From an uncultured Eubacteriales bacterium (GTDB taxonomy: Bacteria > Bacillota > Clostridia > Christensenellales > CAG-138), in NCBI GenBank assembly GCA_900546845.1, contig UREK01000012.1, positions 3,130 through 67,129 of the forward strand: a stretch of DNA of 64,000 nt. The letters run 5' to 3'. The position numbers and the translations under genes were made by a program. Numbering within the stretch: the stretch's first letter is position 1; every line of letters starts with the position of its first letter. Positions 8,709 to 18,090 of the stretch are shown piece by piece. The notes beneath the pieces are model-generated. The model searched no databases, was not told where the DNA came from, and worked only from the letters and a program-made list of their open reading frames with translations.

Positions 8709-9657
8709 ACGTTGCGTCTGGGACGAGCTTCCGGATGCCCGCGAGGTCGCCTTCCTGCATGAGGGCGCGTACCTTGCTTGCGGAGATTCCGTCCTTGCGT
8801 TCGATTTCGATCAGTTCAATACCGGCCTCCGGCAAAAGCTGCTTCATGCGCTCGTTGTAGGCGCGCGTCACAGGGCAGAACGGTTCCGTGCCGACGAAGC
8901 GCTGCGTGATATGGAGCGCCGGCGCGATGCGCTGCGTGAAGATCGCAATGTCGAGGTCGGTCTGCACGTTGGCGGTCGCCGCGCGGTCCTTGATGAAATA
9001 CGTCGGGAACGTTGCGCGGGAAACAAGATAATCCCGGCTTTCGGTCACGATCACGTTCGTAAGATCCGCCGTGCCGCGCTTCACGAGTTCAAAGCGCACC
9101 TTGGCGGGGAACGCGGAAGCATCCTCGCTGACGACGAAAAGATACAGCAGATCGCATGCCCTTGCCGCAGTTTCCACGAGATAGCGGTGGCCGTTGGTAA
9201 ACGGGTTGCAGTTCATCACGCACGCACCCACGGTCTTTGCGCCCTCCCGCCGCGGGATGGACGCAAGGAACTTCCCGATGCCGTCCCGCTGATCCTCCAT
9301 CATGAGGACGTTTGCCGTGTGCGCGACCGGGTAAAACCCGAGCGAGCGGAACATGCGCTCATTCTCCGGCTTGGTGTAAAGGAACAGGCGGCCGATCCCC
9401 TCCCGCCAAGCGTAGCTCACAAGCTCGCTGACAACCGTGGCCGCGGCTCCCGTGCCCTCGGCGGAAGGATCCACCGCGATGTACTTAAGCACGCGCCCTT
9501 CAAGCGAGCCGGTGGCGACGAGCGTGCCGTCATCCTCCCGCAGGGCAACATAAAAATCGGCGGCTCCTTCCATCGTAAGGCCGCGCTGCGCCAAGAATGC
9601 CTGAATTTCCAAGAGGCGCGCCCCGGAAAGAGGCGCGCCTGTCTCGATGCTGTACAT
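8680..9657 (-). CDS. citC: [Citrate (pro-3S)-lyase] ligase
   Basis: GNAT-like N-terminus plus a nucleotidyltransferase domain (CVMNCNPFTNGHRYLVE...FVGTEPFCPVTRAYN). Start overlaps the citF stop (TAATG). Confidence 0.88.
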   Translation of the reverse strand: MYSIETGAPLSGARLLEIQAFLAQRGLTMEGAADFYVALREDDGTLVATGSLEGRVLKYIAVDPSAEGTGAAATVVSELVSYAWREGIGRLFLYTKPENERMFRSLGFYPVAHTANVLMMEDQRDGIGKFLASIPRREGAKTVGACVMNCNPFTNGHRYLVETAARACDLLYLFVVSEDASAFPAKVRFELVKRGTADLTNVIVTESRDYLVSRATFPTYFIKDRAATANVQTDLDIAIFTQRIAPALHITQRFVGTEPFCPVTRAYNERMKQLLPEAGIELIEIERKDGISASKVRALMQEGDLAGIRKLVPDATYEYIKDHIG

Positions 9658-11195
9658 TAGTCTTCGTCAATCTCATGGATCACGTCGATGACGGTGTTGT
9701 CGCGGTACATCACGACGCCGACGATGCGATCCTTGTACTTGATGGGTTCCGGCTTGCCGACGATGCGCTCGCAGCGGTCGCGCAGCGCTTCGATGGTGGT
9801 CACGGGCAGGCCCGCTTCCTCAAGCAGTGCCTTGATCTCCGGGCGGCTCGGGTTCACCGCTACGCCCTGGTCGGTCACGACCACGTCCACAACGCTGCCG
9901 GGCGTGACGACGGTGTTCACCTTATCCACGATGGTCGGGATGCGGCCGCGGGTGAGCGGAGCAACCACGACGGAAAGGCTCGCGCCGGCGGCGGTGTCCG
10001 GATGGCCGCCGATCGCACCGCGGATCACGCCGTCCGAACCGGTCATGACGTTGACGTTGAAGTTCGTATCGATCTCGAGCGCGGAGAGGATGACAAAGTC
10101 AAGCTCGTTGACCGCCGCGCCGCGGTTGAGGTAGCTCGCGTAGAAGGACGCGTCGATCTGCTGATGGAAGCGGTTGTTCTTGAGCGAGTTCGCCGCGATG
10201 AGGTCGAAGGACTGGACGTCGAGGATCTTATCCACAAGGCCTTCCTCGTGCATTTCGACGATCTGGCCGGTGATGCCGCCAAGGGCGAAGCGCGCGTGGA
10301 TGTTCTTTTCGATCATCTTTTCGCGCAGGTAGCGCGCGGTCGCAAGGCTTGCGCCGCCGGAGCCCATCTGCATGGAGAAGCCGTCGTAGAAATAGCCGCT
10401 CGCCTCGATGACTTCCGCGGCGGTCTTGGCGATGAGGAGTTCCTTCGGGTTCTTGGTAAAGCGCGTCGCGCCGCTCATGATGCCCTTGGGGTCGCCGATC
10501 GCGTCGACCTTGACCACGTAATCCACATGGGATTCCGGGATGCCGAAGGGCGCGTTCGGGAAGCGCACGAGGTGATCGGTGATGATCACACACTTGTCCG
10601 CATGGAGCGCATCGAGCTTCGCATAGCCCAGCGAGCCGCAGGAAGTAGCGTTCTCCTCATCGCGGTTGTAGCCGTTGGCATTGCCGTACGGGTCGCAGGA
10701 GGGCGCGCCCAGGAAAGCGACGTCGATGTGCAGCTCGCCGGACTCGATGGCCGCCGCGCGGCCGCCGTGGGAGCGGAACACGATCGGGAAATCCATGAGC
10801 CCGCGGGAGACTTCCTCGGCGAGCTTGCCGCGCAGGCCGCTCGTCTCGATGTGGGTGATGACGCCGTTCTTGATGTGCTCGATGAGCGGGGCGTGGATGT
10901 CCGTCAGGGAGCTTGCGGCAAGGGTCAGGTTCTTGATGCCCATCTTTGCGATCTGTTCCACGACCATGTTCACGACGAAGTCGCCGTTGCGGAAATGGTG
11001 ATGGAAGGAGATCGTCATGCCGTCCTTGAGGCCGGTGAGGCGGATCGCCTCTTCCAGGGTGGGAACGACCTTGTTCTTCATGCCCATGCGCTCGTAGAAG
11101 GTTTCCTTCGGCTTCGCAGGGGTGCCGGCAAAACTGCCGTGCTGCGCGGTGATCTCGTTGATGTGGGGAATCTTCTGGATGTCGATGCTCTTCAT
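9657..11195 (-). CDS. citF: Citrate lyase alpha subunit (citrate CoA-transferase)
   Basis: 512 aa, typical CitF sequence (ISFHHHFRNGD...GGHPDTAAGA) and operon context. Confidence 0.92.
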   Translation of the reverse strand: MKSIDIQKIPHINEITAQHGSFAGTPAKPKETFYERMGMKNKVVPTLEEAIRLTGLKDGMTISFHHHFRNGDFVVNMVVEQIAKMGIKNLTLAASSLTDIHAPLIEHIKNGVITHIETSGLRGKLAEEVSRGLMDFPIVFRSHGGRAAAIESGELHIDVAFLGAPSCDPYGNANGYNRDEENATSCGSLGYAKLDALHADKCVIITDHLVRFPNAPFGIPESHVDYVVKVDAIGDPKGIMSGATRFTKNPKELLIAKTAAEVIEASGYFYDGFSMQMGSGGASLATARYLREKMIEKNIHARFALGGITGQIVEMHEEGLVDKILDVQSFDLIAANSLKNNRFHQQIDASFYASYLNRGAAVNELDFVILSALEIDTNFNVNVMTGSDGVIRGAIGGHPDTAAGASLSVVVAPLTRGRIPTIVDKVNTVVTPGSVVDVVVTDQGVAVNPSRPEIKALLEEAGLPVTTIEALRDRCERIVGKPEPIKYKDRIVGVVMYRDNTVIDVIHEIDED

Positions 11196-11199
11196 GGCG

Positions 11200-12087
11200 T
11201 TAAACCTCCTCTACGGGCGTGACGCTTGCCGCCTCGGCAAGGTCAAGGAGATACCGTGCGCGGGTCACGATCGGCTTGTCGATCATCTTGCCGTTGAGGC
11301 TGATGACGCCGCTGCCGCGGCGCTCGGCCTCCTCCGCAGCCTCGATGACGGCGCGGGCCTTGGTGAGATCCTTCTCGCTCGGCATGAATACCTGGTGCAG
11401 CGGCGGGATCTGGCGCGGGTTGATGACGCTCTTGCCGTCGAACCCGAGCTGGCGGATGAGGCGGGCTTCCTTGATGAAGCCTTCCTCGTTGTTGACGTCG
11501 CTGTATACGGTATCGAGCGCGTCGATGCCGGCCGCGCGCGCTGCGTTGAGGATCATGCAGCGGGCGAAGAAGAGCTCAGTGCCGTCGCTGCGGACGGTCT
11601 TAAGGTCGGTCACATAGTCCTCCGCGCCGAGGGCGATGCCGATGAGGCGCTTGGAGGCAAAGGCGATCTCCATGGCGTTGAGCACGCCGCGGCCGCTCTC
11701 GATAGCAGCCATCATGCCAGTGGTGCCCACGGGGATGCCCGCTTCGCGCTCGATGCGCTCGATCTCGCGCTCGCAGTCGATCACGTCCTGCGCGCACTCG
11801 GTCTTAGGCAGGCGGATGACGTCGGGCTTCGCGCGGACGATCGCCTCAAGGTCCTGGATACCCAGGCCGGAGGAAAGGTCGTTGATGCGCACGACGAGTT
11901 CCTTGTTGCCGTATCTGAGGTTGGAAAGCGCGTTATACACGAGGAAGCGCGCCGCGTCCTTTTCGTTGATGGAAACGGAGTCCTCAAGGTCGAACATGAT
12001 GGAGTCCGAGCCATAGATGTGCGCGTCGCGGATCATGCCGGGGTTGTTGCCCGGGACAAACAGCATGCTGCGTCTTAACCGTTTCAT
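11200..12087 (-). CDS. citE: Citrate lyase beta subunit (citryl-CoA lyase)
   Basis: MKRLRRSMLFVPGNNPGM...FDLEDSV is the HpcH/CitE signature. GGAGGA RBS before the ATG at 12087. Confidence 0.92.
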   Translation of the reverse strand: MKRLRRSMLFVPGNNPGMIRDAHIYGSDSIMFDLEDSVSINEKDAARFLVYNALSNLRYGNKELVVRINDLSSGLGIQDLEAIVRAKPDVIRLPKTECAQDVIDCEREIERIEREAGIPVGTTGMMAAIESGRGVLNAMEIAFASKRLIGIALGAEDYVTDLKTVRSDGTELFFARCMILNAARAAGIDALDTVYSDVNNEEGFIKEARLIRQLGFDGKSVINPRQIPPLHQVFMPSEKDLTKARAVIEAAEEAERRGSGVISLNGKMIDKPIVTRARYLLDLAEAASVTPVEEV

Positions 12088-12380
12088 TGCTTGGTCCTCC
12101 AGGTATAGTCTTCGCACTGCGCCGCGCGGTACGCGGCGGCCTTCACGCGCGCGGCAACGGTGCAGTCAAGCGCACCCTTGTCCACCGCGTTCACAACGGC
12201 GTCTTCCACGCCGATCTCCGCAAGCGTTTCGCGGATGACCTTTTCAATCTGCTTGCCGAACTGCTGCATCACAGCGCTCGTCAGCGTTAACTCGATTCCC
12301 TTTTGCTCTGCGGGCTCGATGCGGACGATGATGTCGCTGGACTCCATCGTGCCTGCAACGCCTTTGGTCACGATCTGCAT
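12084..12380 (-). CDS. citD: Citrate lyase gamma subunit (acyl carrier protein)
   Basis: MQIVTKGVAGTMESSDIIVRIEP is the CitD prosthetic-group Ser motif (ESSD). ATGA overlap with citE. Confidence 0.88.
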   Translation of the reverse strand: MQIVTKGVAGTMESSDIIVRIEPAEQKGIELTLTSAVMQQFGKQIEKVIRETLAEIGVEDAVVNAVDKGALDCTVAARVKAAAYRAAQCEDYTWRTKQ

Positions 12381-12536
12381 TCCCTGGATCCTCCGATTCT
12401 TTATAGTATGGGGATTTCTTACTCCCATCTCAATTCTTTAATTTACTCTTTTCCCCCGCGGTTTTCAAGTCTTTTGCCGAGATATACCCTCATGCAGAAA
12501 AACATGTATACACGTATGCTATATTGGCGCATAAAA

Positions 12537-12570
12537 AAGAATCGCCGGCCGAGCGGCGATCCCCTTAAAT
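12537..12570 (-). terminator. Terminator of the 12595-13014 gene
   Basis: On the minus strand: ATCGCCG-ctcggc-CGGCGAT followed by TCTTTTTT. Confidence 0.55.
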
Positions 12571-12594
12571 TCACGGAACATGAATTCAGTCCTA

Positions 12595-13014
12595 TCACGG
12601 AAAATTCTCCGGTGCTTCTACGCCAAGGAAGGCAGGCGTATCGCCCAGCTTGTTGAACGTCAGGAGCTCCCCGTTTTCCAAAGAGGGCAGATAAACCGCG
12701 CTCTGCGTATACACGCCGTCGCGGGGCACGCCTTCCGCCGGTGTAAGCGTATAAAGTTCGCCCGATTTCTGCGCGCAGGTTCCGGCTTCAAGCACCGGCG
12801 CGCCCTGCCGGTACACCGCGTAGTTTCCATATGAATCGATTACGAGATAGGTCTTCTCCGCGGTGCTTCCTTCCGTGCAGTATGTACCCTTAATCGGTTC
12901 AGCCGGCTGTTCGCGCGTGAGAAGTGCGAGGAACAGCAGGTTTAAAATAGCGGACACCCAGAGCAGGGCAATTAAAACATGCCGCTTTGTTTTTTCGTCT
13001 TTAGCCATCCGCAT
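12595..13014 (-). CDS. Hypothetical membrane-anchored protein
   Basis: N-terminal TM helix (VLIALLWVSAILNLLFLALL) and GAAGGAGGA RBS. No family recognised. Confidence 0.55.
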   Translation of the reverse strand: MRMAKDEKTKRHVLIALLWVSAILNLLFLALLTREQPAEPIKGTYCTEGSTAEKTYLVIDSYGNYAVYRQGAPVLEAGTCAQKSGELYTLTPAEGVPRDGVYTQSAVYLPSLENGELLTFNKLGDTPAFLGVEAPENFP

Positions 13015-13336
13015 CAGGTATCCTCCTTCAGCTCACAGAAAATTGTTCTCCCTTTCCATCTTCCGGTACATCATATAGATTGTTGGGTTCACATTTGGCT
13101 TTGCGTCCTCGTCATTCCCTGCCATTCGGGGAACCGGCTCAACAAATGCAAATAAACTCGGTTTGTTATTGTTTTTTACAGCCAAATCTTTTCTTGAATG
13201 CTTCGGCCGCTTCCGCTGCTCCAATGCTTTTATATATTGAGTATATCCTTTCCTTTTTTTACCGTCAATCTTTTGCGTATAATATATTTTATGTTGTGCA
13301 TGTGTGCCAATATTTCTTCTTCCTCCCGCTTCTCTC

Positions 13337-13365
13337 TTGATTTTTCCCCTGCGCCTGCGTATACT
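13337..13365 (+). promoter_or_regulatory. Putative sigma-A promoter of the TetR gene
   Basis: TTGATT, 17 nt spacer, TATACT. A tandem TATATCGG TATATCGG and a CGGCC-tttc-GGCCG hairpin lie in the leader. Confidence 0.4.
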
Positions 13366-13425
13366 GAATTTAATATATCGGTATATCGGCCTTTCGGCCG
13401 GAACGCCAGCTTTGGGGGTGCGCGC

Positions 13426-13986
13426 ATGCGGGGAAAACACGAAGGCTACGAAAGCGTCCAGGCCGCCATTTTAGGCACGGCTGCGCAGCTTTTTACGCGT
13501 GCGGGCGTCCATGGCACGAGCCTCAACGACATCGCCCAGGCGGCCGGGCTTTCCAAGGGCACGCTTTATTATTACTATCCCACCAAGGAAGCGCTCGTAA
13601 ACGACATCGCGGAAACGCACGGCGCGCGCGTCACCGACCTCATCCTCACCTGGGTGGAGACGCTCACGCGCGATTGCCCGATGGAGGAAGCGCTGCTTTC
13701 GCTCATGGGCACGCTGCTTGACGACGACGCCCTGCGCAGGCTCCACGTGGTGCTCTTCACCGAAAGCTGCCTCGACAACCCCGCCCTTGCCGCTTTGATG
13801 GAGGAAAAGCTCCGGAAGTGGACGGTCATGCTGGAAGTGGGGACGCTCAAGGTGCAATCCAACAGCGCGCGGCGGCTGCGGGACCGCTCCTCCCTGTTCT
13901 TCACACTGCTGATGGGCGCGATGCTGCGCGCGGAAACCTCCCCCGCGGAGCGCAGCGCCTGCGTCGCGCTGCTGCTCTCCGAATAA
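13426..13986 (+). CDS. TetR/AcrR family transcriptional regulator
   Basis: HTH signature AAILGTAAQLFTRAGVHGTSLNDIAQAAGLSKGTLYYYYPTKEAL. Confidence 0.88.
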   Translation: MRGKHEGYESVQAAILGTAAQLFTRAGVHGTSLNDIAQAAGLSKGTLYYYYPTKEALVNDIAETHGARVTDLILTWVETLTRDCPMEEALLSLMGTLLDDDALRRLHVVLFTESCLDNPALAALMEEKLRKWTVMLEVGTLKVQSNSARRLRDRSSLFFTLLMGAMLRAETSPAERSACVALLLSE

Positions 13987-14024
13987 GCACGGCTTTCGCC
14001 GGGAAAGGATTTTTCAAGTTTGCT

Positions 14025-14396
14025 ATGATGGGTTTCGGATTCGGCGGATTCTCGGTTCTATTCACGATCGTGTTCGTCTTCATTTTCGGCATGATCGTTT
14101 TTATGGCGATAAAGGGCATTTCCCAATGGAGTAAAAACAACGCTTCGCCCCGGCTGACGGTGGACGCAGTCGTTGTGACCAAGCGCATCAGCACTTCCAC
14201 GAGCATGCACAATGCCGGCAACGCCGCCATGCATCACCACACCTCGACCACGTATTACGTCACCTTCCAGGTGGAAAGCGGGGACCGTATGGAGTTTACC
14301 GTCTCCGGCCGGGAATACGGCATGCTGGCCGAGGGCGACTGCGGCAGGCTCACGTTCCAGGGTACGCGATACCTTGGCTTTCTGCGCAACGCATGA
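14025..14396 (+). CDS. DUF2500-like membrane protein
   Basis: N-terminal TM helix, then ...TTYYVTFQVESGDRMEFTVSGREYGMLAEGDCGRLTFQGTRYLGF, which resembles DUF2500. Confidence 0.65.
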   Translation: MMGFGFGGFSVLFTIVFVFIFGMIVFMAIKGISQWSKNNASPRLTVDAVVVTKRISTSTSMHNAGNAAMHHHTSTTYYVTFQVESGDRMEFTVSGREYGMLAEGDCGRLTFQGTRYLGFLRNA

Positions 14397-14640
14397 GCCG
14401 GGCAAGCGCCCTGCCCGAAGCGGAACGGGCTGAACTTGCGGCCATCCTGCGCGCGCACGCGGAGCGCTATCCCAGGATGCAGCCTTCCGACGCAGTAAAG
14501 CTGCTCTACCAAAACGAATTCGGCGGCGGCCACCTGATGGCGGATCCCGCCGCGAGTTTGGCGCGCCTTGCAAACGGAATACGCCGCGGCACAGCGCGGC
14601 ATACCGCTTCGTATTGCATTCCGTGTTGGGTGTTTAAGAC
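14393..14640 (+). pseudogene. N-terminal remnant of a conserved hypothetical gene (frameshifted and truncated)
   Basis: ATGA-coupled to the previous gene. The first ~60 aa look genuine (YPRMQPSDAVKLLYQNEFGGGHLMADPAASLARL). The sensible continuation (QTEYAAAQRGIPL) is in another frame, and everything beyond ~14634 is antisense to the hydrolase gene. Confidence 0.4.
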
Positions 14641-15356
14641 TGTGCGCTTTGCAGCATATGAAGAAGGTGCTTTTCCAGCGCCTTTTCTTCGTTTTGGCAG
14701 AACCAGAAGTGGCTCGATTCGTGCAGTTGAAGCACCTGCGCGCCCGGCAGGCTGCGCCGCACGAGCGCGAACGAACGCGAGAAGGAGACAAGTTCATCCC
14801 CGGTGGAATTCGCAACTGCAAGCGGCGGCGCGAGGCGCGGCAGGTTTTTCCGCGTCCGCCCCATCAGGCGCAGCAGGCCGAGCGAGTTCGGGATCAGCGT
14901 GGGCGCGTTCCAAAGCGTAACGCCCGACACGCCGCGCAGTTCCCGCGCCGCAACGATGCGCGGATCCTCGCCGGGTCGTTCCCGGCAAGCCGACGCGGCG
15001 CGGATGCGGATCCCCACCCACGTCATGCGCAAATACAGCGGGAAGGCCAGCGCAAAAATCCCCGCGATCCTATCCGGCCGCTTTGCCGCCGCGTTGACCG
15101 CGAGCAGGCCGCCCATGGAATGGCTCACGACCAGGAGCGTTTTCTGTTGTGCTTGCAGCGCGGCAAGCTCCGCGTCCACATGCGCCTGCCATTCCCGCCT
15201 GCCCGCCCGCAGGAATTCCCGCAGGGTCCCGCCATGCCCCGGCAGCGTGAGCAGCCGGACTTCCGCCCCACGAGCTGCCACCGCTTCCGCAAACGGCGCA
15301 AACAGGGCGCTGTTTCCCATAAAGCCGTGTATGAACACGACACATACGTCCTTCAT
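14634..15356 (-). CDS. Alpha/beta hydrolase (esterase/lipase family)
   Basis: MKDVCVVFIHGFMGN oxyanion region and nucleophile elbow VSHSMGG. Confidence 0.8.
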   Translation of the reverse strand: MKDVCVVFIHGFMGNSALFAPFAEAVAARGAEVRLLTLPGHGGTLREFLRAGRREWQAHVDAELAALQAQQKTLLVVSHSMGGLLAVNAAAKRPDRIAGIFALAFPLYLRMTWVGIRIRAASACRERPGEDPRIVAARELRGVSGVTLWNAPTLIPNSLGLLRLMGRTRKNLPRLAPPLAVANSTGDELVSFSRSFALVRRSLPGAQVLQLHESSHFWFCQNEEKALEKHLLHMLQSAQS

Positions 15357-15384
15357 TTCAGGTGCCTTTCCATGGCGCATGCCG

Positions 15385-15834
15385 TTACAGATATAGCTTT
15401 AAGACGATCTCCCCGCCGTTCTCCTCCCCATTTTCCCGGAAGCCGAACTTGTGATACAGCGCGAGCGCACCCGCATTGCTTTCCTTGGTGGAGAGGGTGA
15501 TCTCGTCCGCGCCATGCGCTTTGAAGTACCGGATGATCTCGCGCAGCGCAGCGCTCCCATAGCCCTTGCCCTGCTGGGAAGCGTCGATCATGAAGCGCCA
15601 CAGCCAGTATTTGTCATGCGGATCGTCGTTGGCTTCGTCGAACGCGAACATCGCAAAGCCCACCAACTGCCCATCAGCATAAACCGCGAACGGCCGCGCC
15701 ACGTCCGGGTTTTCCACCGCCGTGTTCAGGGACGCTTCGTTGCTGGCGATGTATTCCGCCTGTTCCGGCGCCACCTTGAGCGCGATGCAGCCCGCCCGGT
15801 TCCCATCGTCAATTTTTCTCAGTTCCACGTTCAT
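15385..15834 (-). CDS. GNAT family N-acetyltransferase (diamine/spermidine acetyltransferase-like)
   Basis: ...LWRFMIDASQQGKGYGSAALREIIRYFKAHG... is the acetyl-CoA binding motif. Confidence 0.8.
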   Translation of the reverse strand: MNVELRKIDDGNRAGCIALKVAPEQAEYIASNEASLNTAVENPDVARPFAVYADGQLVGFAMFAFDEANDDPHDKYWLWRFMIDASQQGKGYGSAALREIIRYFKAHGADEITLSTKESNAGALALYHKFGFRENGEENGGEIVLKLYL

Positions 15835-15883
15835 TTTGGGGTAACCCCTCTTTTCAATTTGCTTATTTGTCTGCAGCTCCCCT

Positions 15884-16507
15884 TCACCGGATGAAGTTGG
15901 TCACGGCCCCGCGTTCGCGTTCCGGCGCGAGTACGCCCTGCGCGCGGCCCGCCTCGATGCATTTGAGCAGCCAGGCCATGTTCCGCGCCAGGTTGCGCAT
16001 GGTCTGCAAGCCCTCCAGATCCTGCGCCACGTCTTCCGCGTGCTCCCCAAACGCGACATTCCAATACGTGGAGGATACGACCGGCATCTGCGCAATGGTG
16101 AAATACTTGTTCAGCACATCCATGGAAGCCACATTGCCCGCCCGCCGCGCGACGGCCACCGCCGCGCCCGGCTTGTGCATAAAGAGATCCCGGCATCCGT
16201 ACATCGCCCGGTCGAGAAAGGATTGGATGCTCCCCGTGGGGTGCGAAAAATACACCGGAGTGCCAAACACGAAGCCGTCCGCCCCCTTCGATTTGGCGAG
16301 GAATTCGTTCACGCGGTCGCCTTTGAACACGCAGGCATGCAGCTTCCTGCACGCGCCGCAGTCCACGCAATCCTGCACCGGGCCGTTTCCAATCCAGAAA
16401 AGTTCCGCAGAAACGCCCTCGGCTTCGAGCGTCTTTGCGACCTCGCTGAGCGCGGCGTGGGTGCTGCCCGCCTCGTGCGGGCTCCCGTTGAGCAGCAATA
16501 CCTTCAT
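15884..16507 (-). CDS. Flavodoxin-family NAD(P)H-dependent FMN reductase (iron-sulfur flavoprotein-like)
   Basis: MKVLLLNGSPHEAGST...CVDCGACRKLHACVF...FGTPVYFSHPTG. Confidence 0.75.
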   Translation of the reverse strand: MKVLLLNGSPHEAGSTHAALSEVAKTLEAEGVSAELFWIGNGPVQDCVDCGACRKLHACVFKGDRVNEFLAKSKGADGFVFGTPVYFSHPTGSIQSFLDRAMYGCRDLFMHKPGAAVAVARRAGNVASMDVLNKYFTIAQMPVVSSTYWNVAFGEHAEDVAQDLEGLQTMRNLARNMAWLLKCIEAGRAQGVLAPERERGAVTNFIR

Positions 16508-16535
16508 TTTCGCATTCCTCCTTGCTATGGCTTAA

Positions 16536-17219
16536 TTAAACTTCCAGCCCCTGCACGAAGCGGTAGAGCGGCTTCATCGCATCAAAGCCGTCCAGCACCT
16601 CGTCGAGCAGCGCGGGTTCAAACGTCTTTTTCAGATCCTTGGTGTAATAGCACCAGCTGATGCCCTTGCGGTTGAGATAGGGCTTGAGCGCCTCCGGCGC
16701 GTCCGGGAAATGGTCCCGCTTATACGGCTCGCCACGCACCTCGAACTTGGCGAGGCGTGGATCCGCAAGGATCGAAAGGAAGCGCTCCGGATCGGCCAGG
16801 AGGCGTGCGCGGAAGGGTTTCATCAGCTCCGAATTTGCGCCGTACATGCCCATGCCGTAGCCATAGCCGTCCGGGTCGATCTCAAAATACACGCAGAGGC
16901 TTTCGCTCGTGCGCGTGTCCGGGTGGCGGAAGCCGATCCAGCCATGGTCGCGGTACGGGCGCTTGTCCTTGGAAAAACGCGTGTCCCGGTTCATGCGGGA
17001 AACGACGGTCGTAAGCCGCGTGTTGAAGTTCGGGTCAAGCTCGAGCGCGGCGGGGATAAGGTCCGTTGCGAGCGCGCGCATTGGTTCCTGCACCACGCGC
17101 TTGCAGCGCGCCCGGTTTGCGTCAAAGAAGGGCTTTTCGTTGTAAAAGCCCAGCTCCATCAGAAAACGATACGTGTCGGGTTCAAACCCTTTGAAGTTCT
17201 GTCCCATCTTTTCATCCAT
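16536..17219 (-). CDS. DUF2461 (TIGR02453) family protein
   Basis: FKGFEPDTYRFLMELGFYNEKPFFDANRARCK...SRMNRDTRFSKDKRPYRDH matches the DUF2461 pattern. Confidence 0.75.
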   Translation of the reverse strand: MDEKMGQNFKGFEPDTYRFLMELGFYNEKPFFDANRARCKRVVQEPMRALATDLIPAALELDPNFNTRLTTVVSRMNRDTRFSKDKRPYRDHGWIGFRHPDTRTSESLCVYFEIDPDGYGYGMGMYGANSELMKPFRARLLADPERFLSILADPRLAKFEVRGEPYKRDHFPDAPEALKPYLNRKGISWCYYTKDLKKTFEPALLDEVLDGFDAMKPLYRFVQGLEV

Positions 17220-17227
17220 TGTTCTGT

Positions 17228-17974
17228 TTAAAACGTCAATTTCATCAAAAAGGATTCGCGCCCTTCCGGCTGGATCACGCCGCGCAGGATCACCGCGTCC
17301 TTCGTCTCCGCACGCTCCATTGCGAATTCCGCGCCCTCCGTCAGCTCCGTTTTAAACCAGACGTCCAGCCGCTTCAGCGCGCCGATGCTGCCGCGCTCCT
17401 CCGCCGTAAGCGCATCGTAAGCGAATTCGCCGTACCGCTCGTTGTTCACATGGCCGAGCCCATCGATCCAGCTCGGGCGCACGGTGCGGCGCTCCACCTC
17501 CGCAAAATCGGCGCGCTCCGAAAAGCGTTTTTCCGCATGCAGCAGCTCCTCGCCGCCCGGCAGGTCGAACCGCGAAAGGATGCTCCGGTCCATGCAGAGC
17601 CGGTGTGTCCTTACATCCAGCAGTGAGGAAAACGTCGCGCCTGCGGCGACAAGCGTATTCTCCTCGTCGTAAAACGCGATCTCCCTGCGGTAAGTGGGCG
17701 GCGCATAGCGCGTGTGCCAGGTGCGCAGGGTCAGCCTGTCCTTGATGCGGATGGGCCGCATGAGCGCAACGCTCATCGAAAGCAGAACCCAGGCCACGCC
17801 GTATTGTGCCGAGATGCGGGGCGTGTCGATCTCGATCGCTTCCAAATGCCGGCCGATGGTCTCCACCGCGATGCGCTGATACGCCGCTGGGTACAGCGCG
17901 CCCACCGCGCTGCACATGCTCACGTCCACATATACCGGGTAGGCATAGTCCTGTTCTCTCCAACCGGGGTTCAT
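17228..17974 (-). CDS. Acyl-ACP thioesterase family protein
   Basis: Double hot-dog pattern (...QYGVAWVLLSMSVALMRPIRIKDRLTLRTWH...WIDGLGHVNNERYGEFAYD). GGAGGG RBS before the ATG at 17974. Confidence 0.7.
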   Translation of the reverse strand: MNPGWREQDYAYPVYVDVSMCSAVGALYPAAYQRIAVETIGRHLEAIEIDTPRISAQYGVAWVLLSMSVALMRPIRIKDRLTLRTWHTRYAPPTYRREIAFYDEENTLVAAGATFSSLLDVRTHRLCMDRSILSRFDLPGGEELLHAEKRFSERADFAEVERRTVRPSWIDGLGHVNNERYGEFAYDALTAEERGSIGALKRLDVWFKTELTEGAEFAMERAETKDAVILRGVIQPEGRESFLMKLTF

Positions 17975-18033
17975 CGTTCCCTCCTTCGTTCTATTTGGTT
18001 CTTTGCCTATCATACCACGATTTACGGGCAAAT

Positions 18034-18073
18034 GAAAAGCGCCATCCGAAGGGAGAGGCGGATGGCGCTTTTA
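18034..18073 (-). terminator. Terminator of the lysine/butyrate operon (after etfA)
   Basis: AGCGCCATCCG(18038-48)/CGGATGGCGCT(18059-69), an 11-bp stem flanked by A/T runs. Confidence 0.75.
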
Positions 18074-18090
18074 TGGGTAAGGCTTACGCC

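Noticed and set aside
13033-13440. ORFs (135 aa on the minus strand, 86 aa on the plus strand) in the AT-rich 410-bp gap upstream of the TetR gene
   Set aside because: Their composition is Lys/Ile/Tyr-rich or Phe-rich, as expected from AT-rich non-coding DNA. No RBS is present. The region contains promoter-like elements for the divergent genes.
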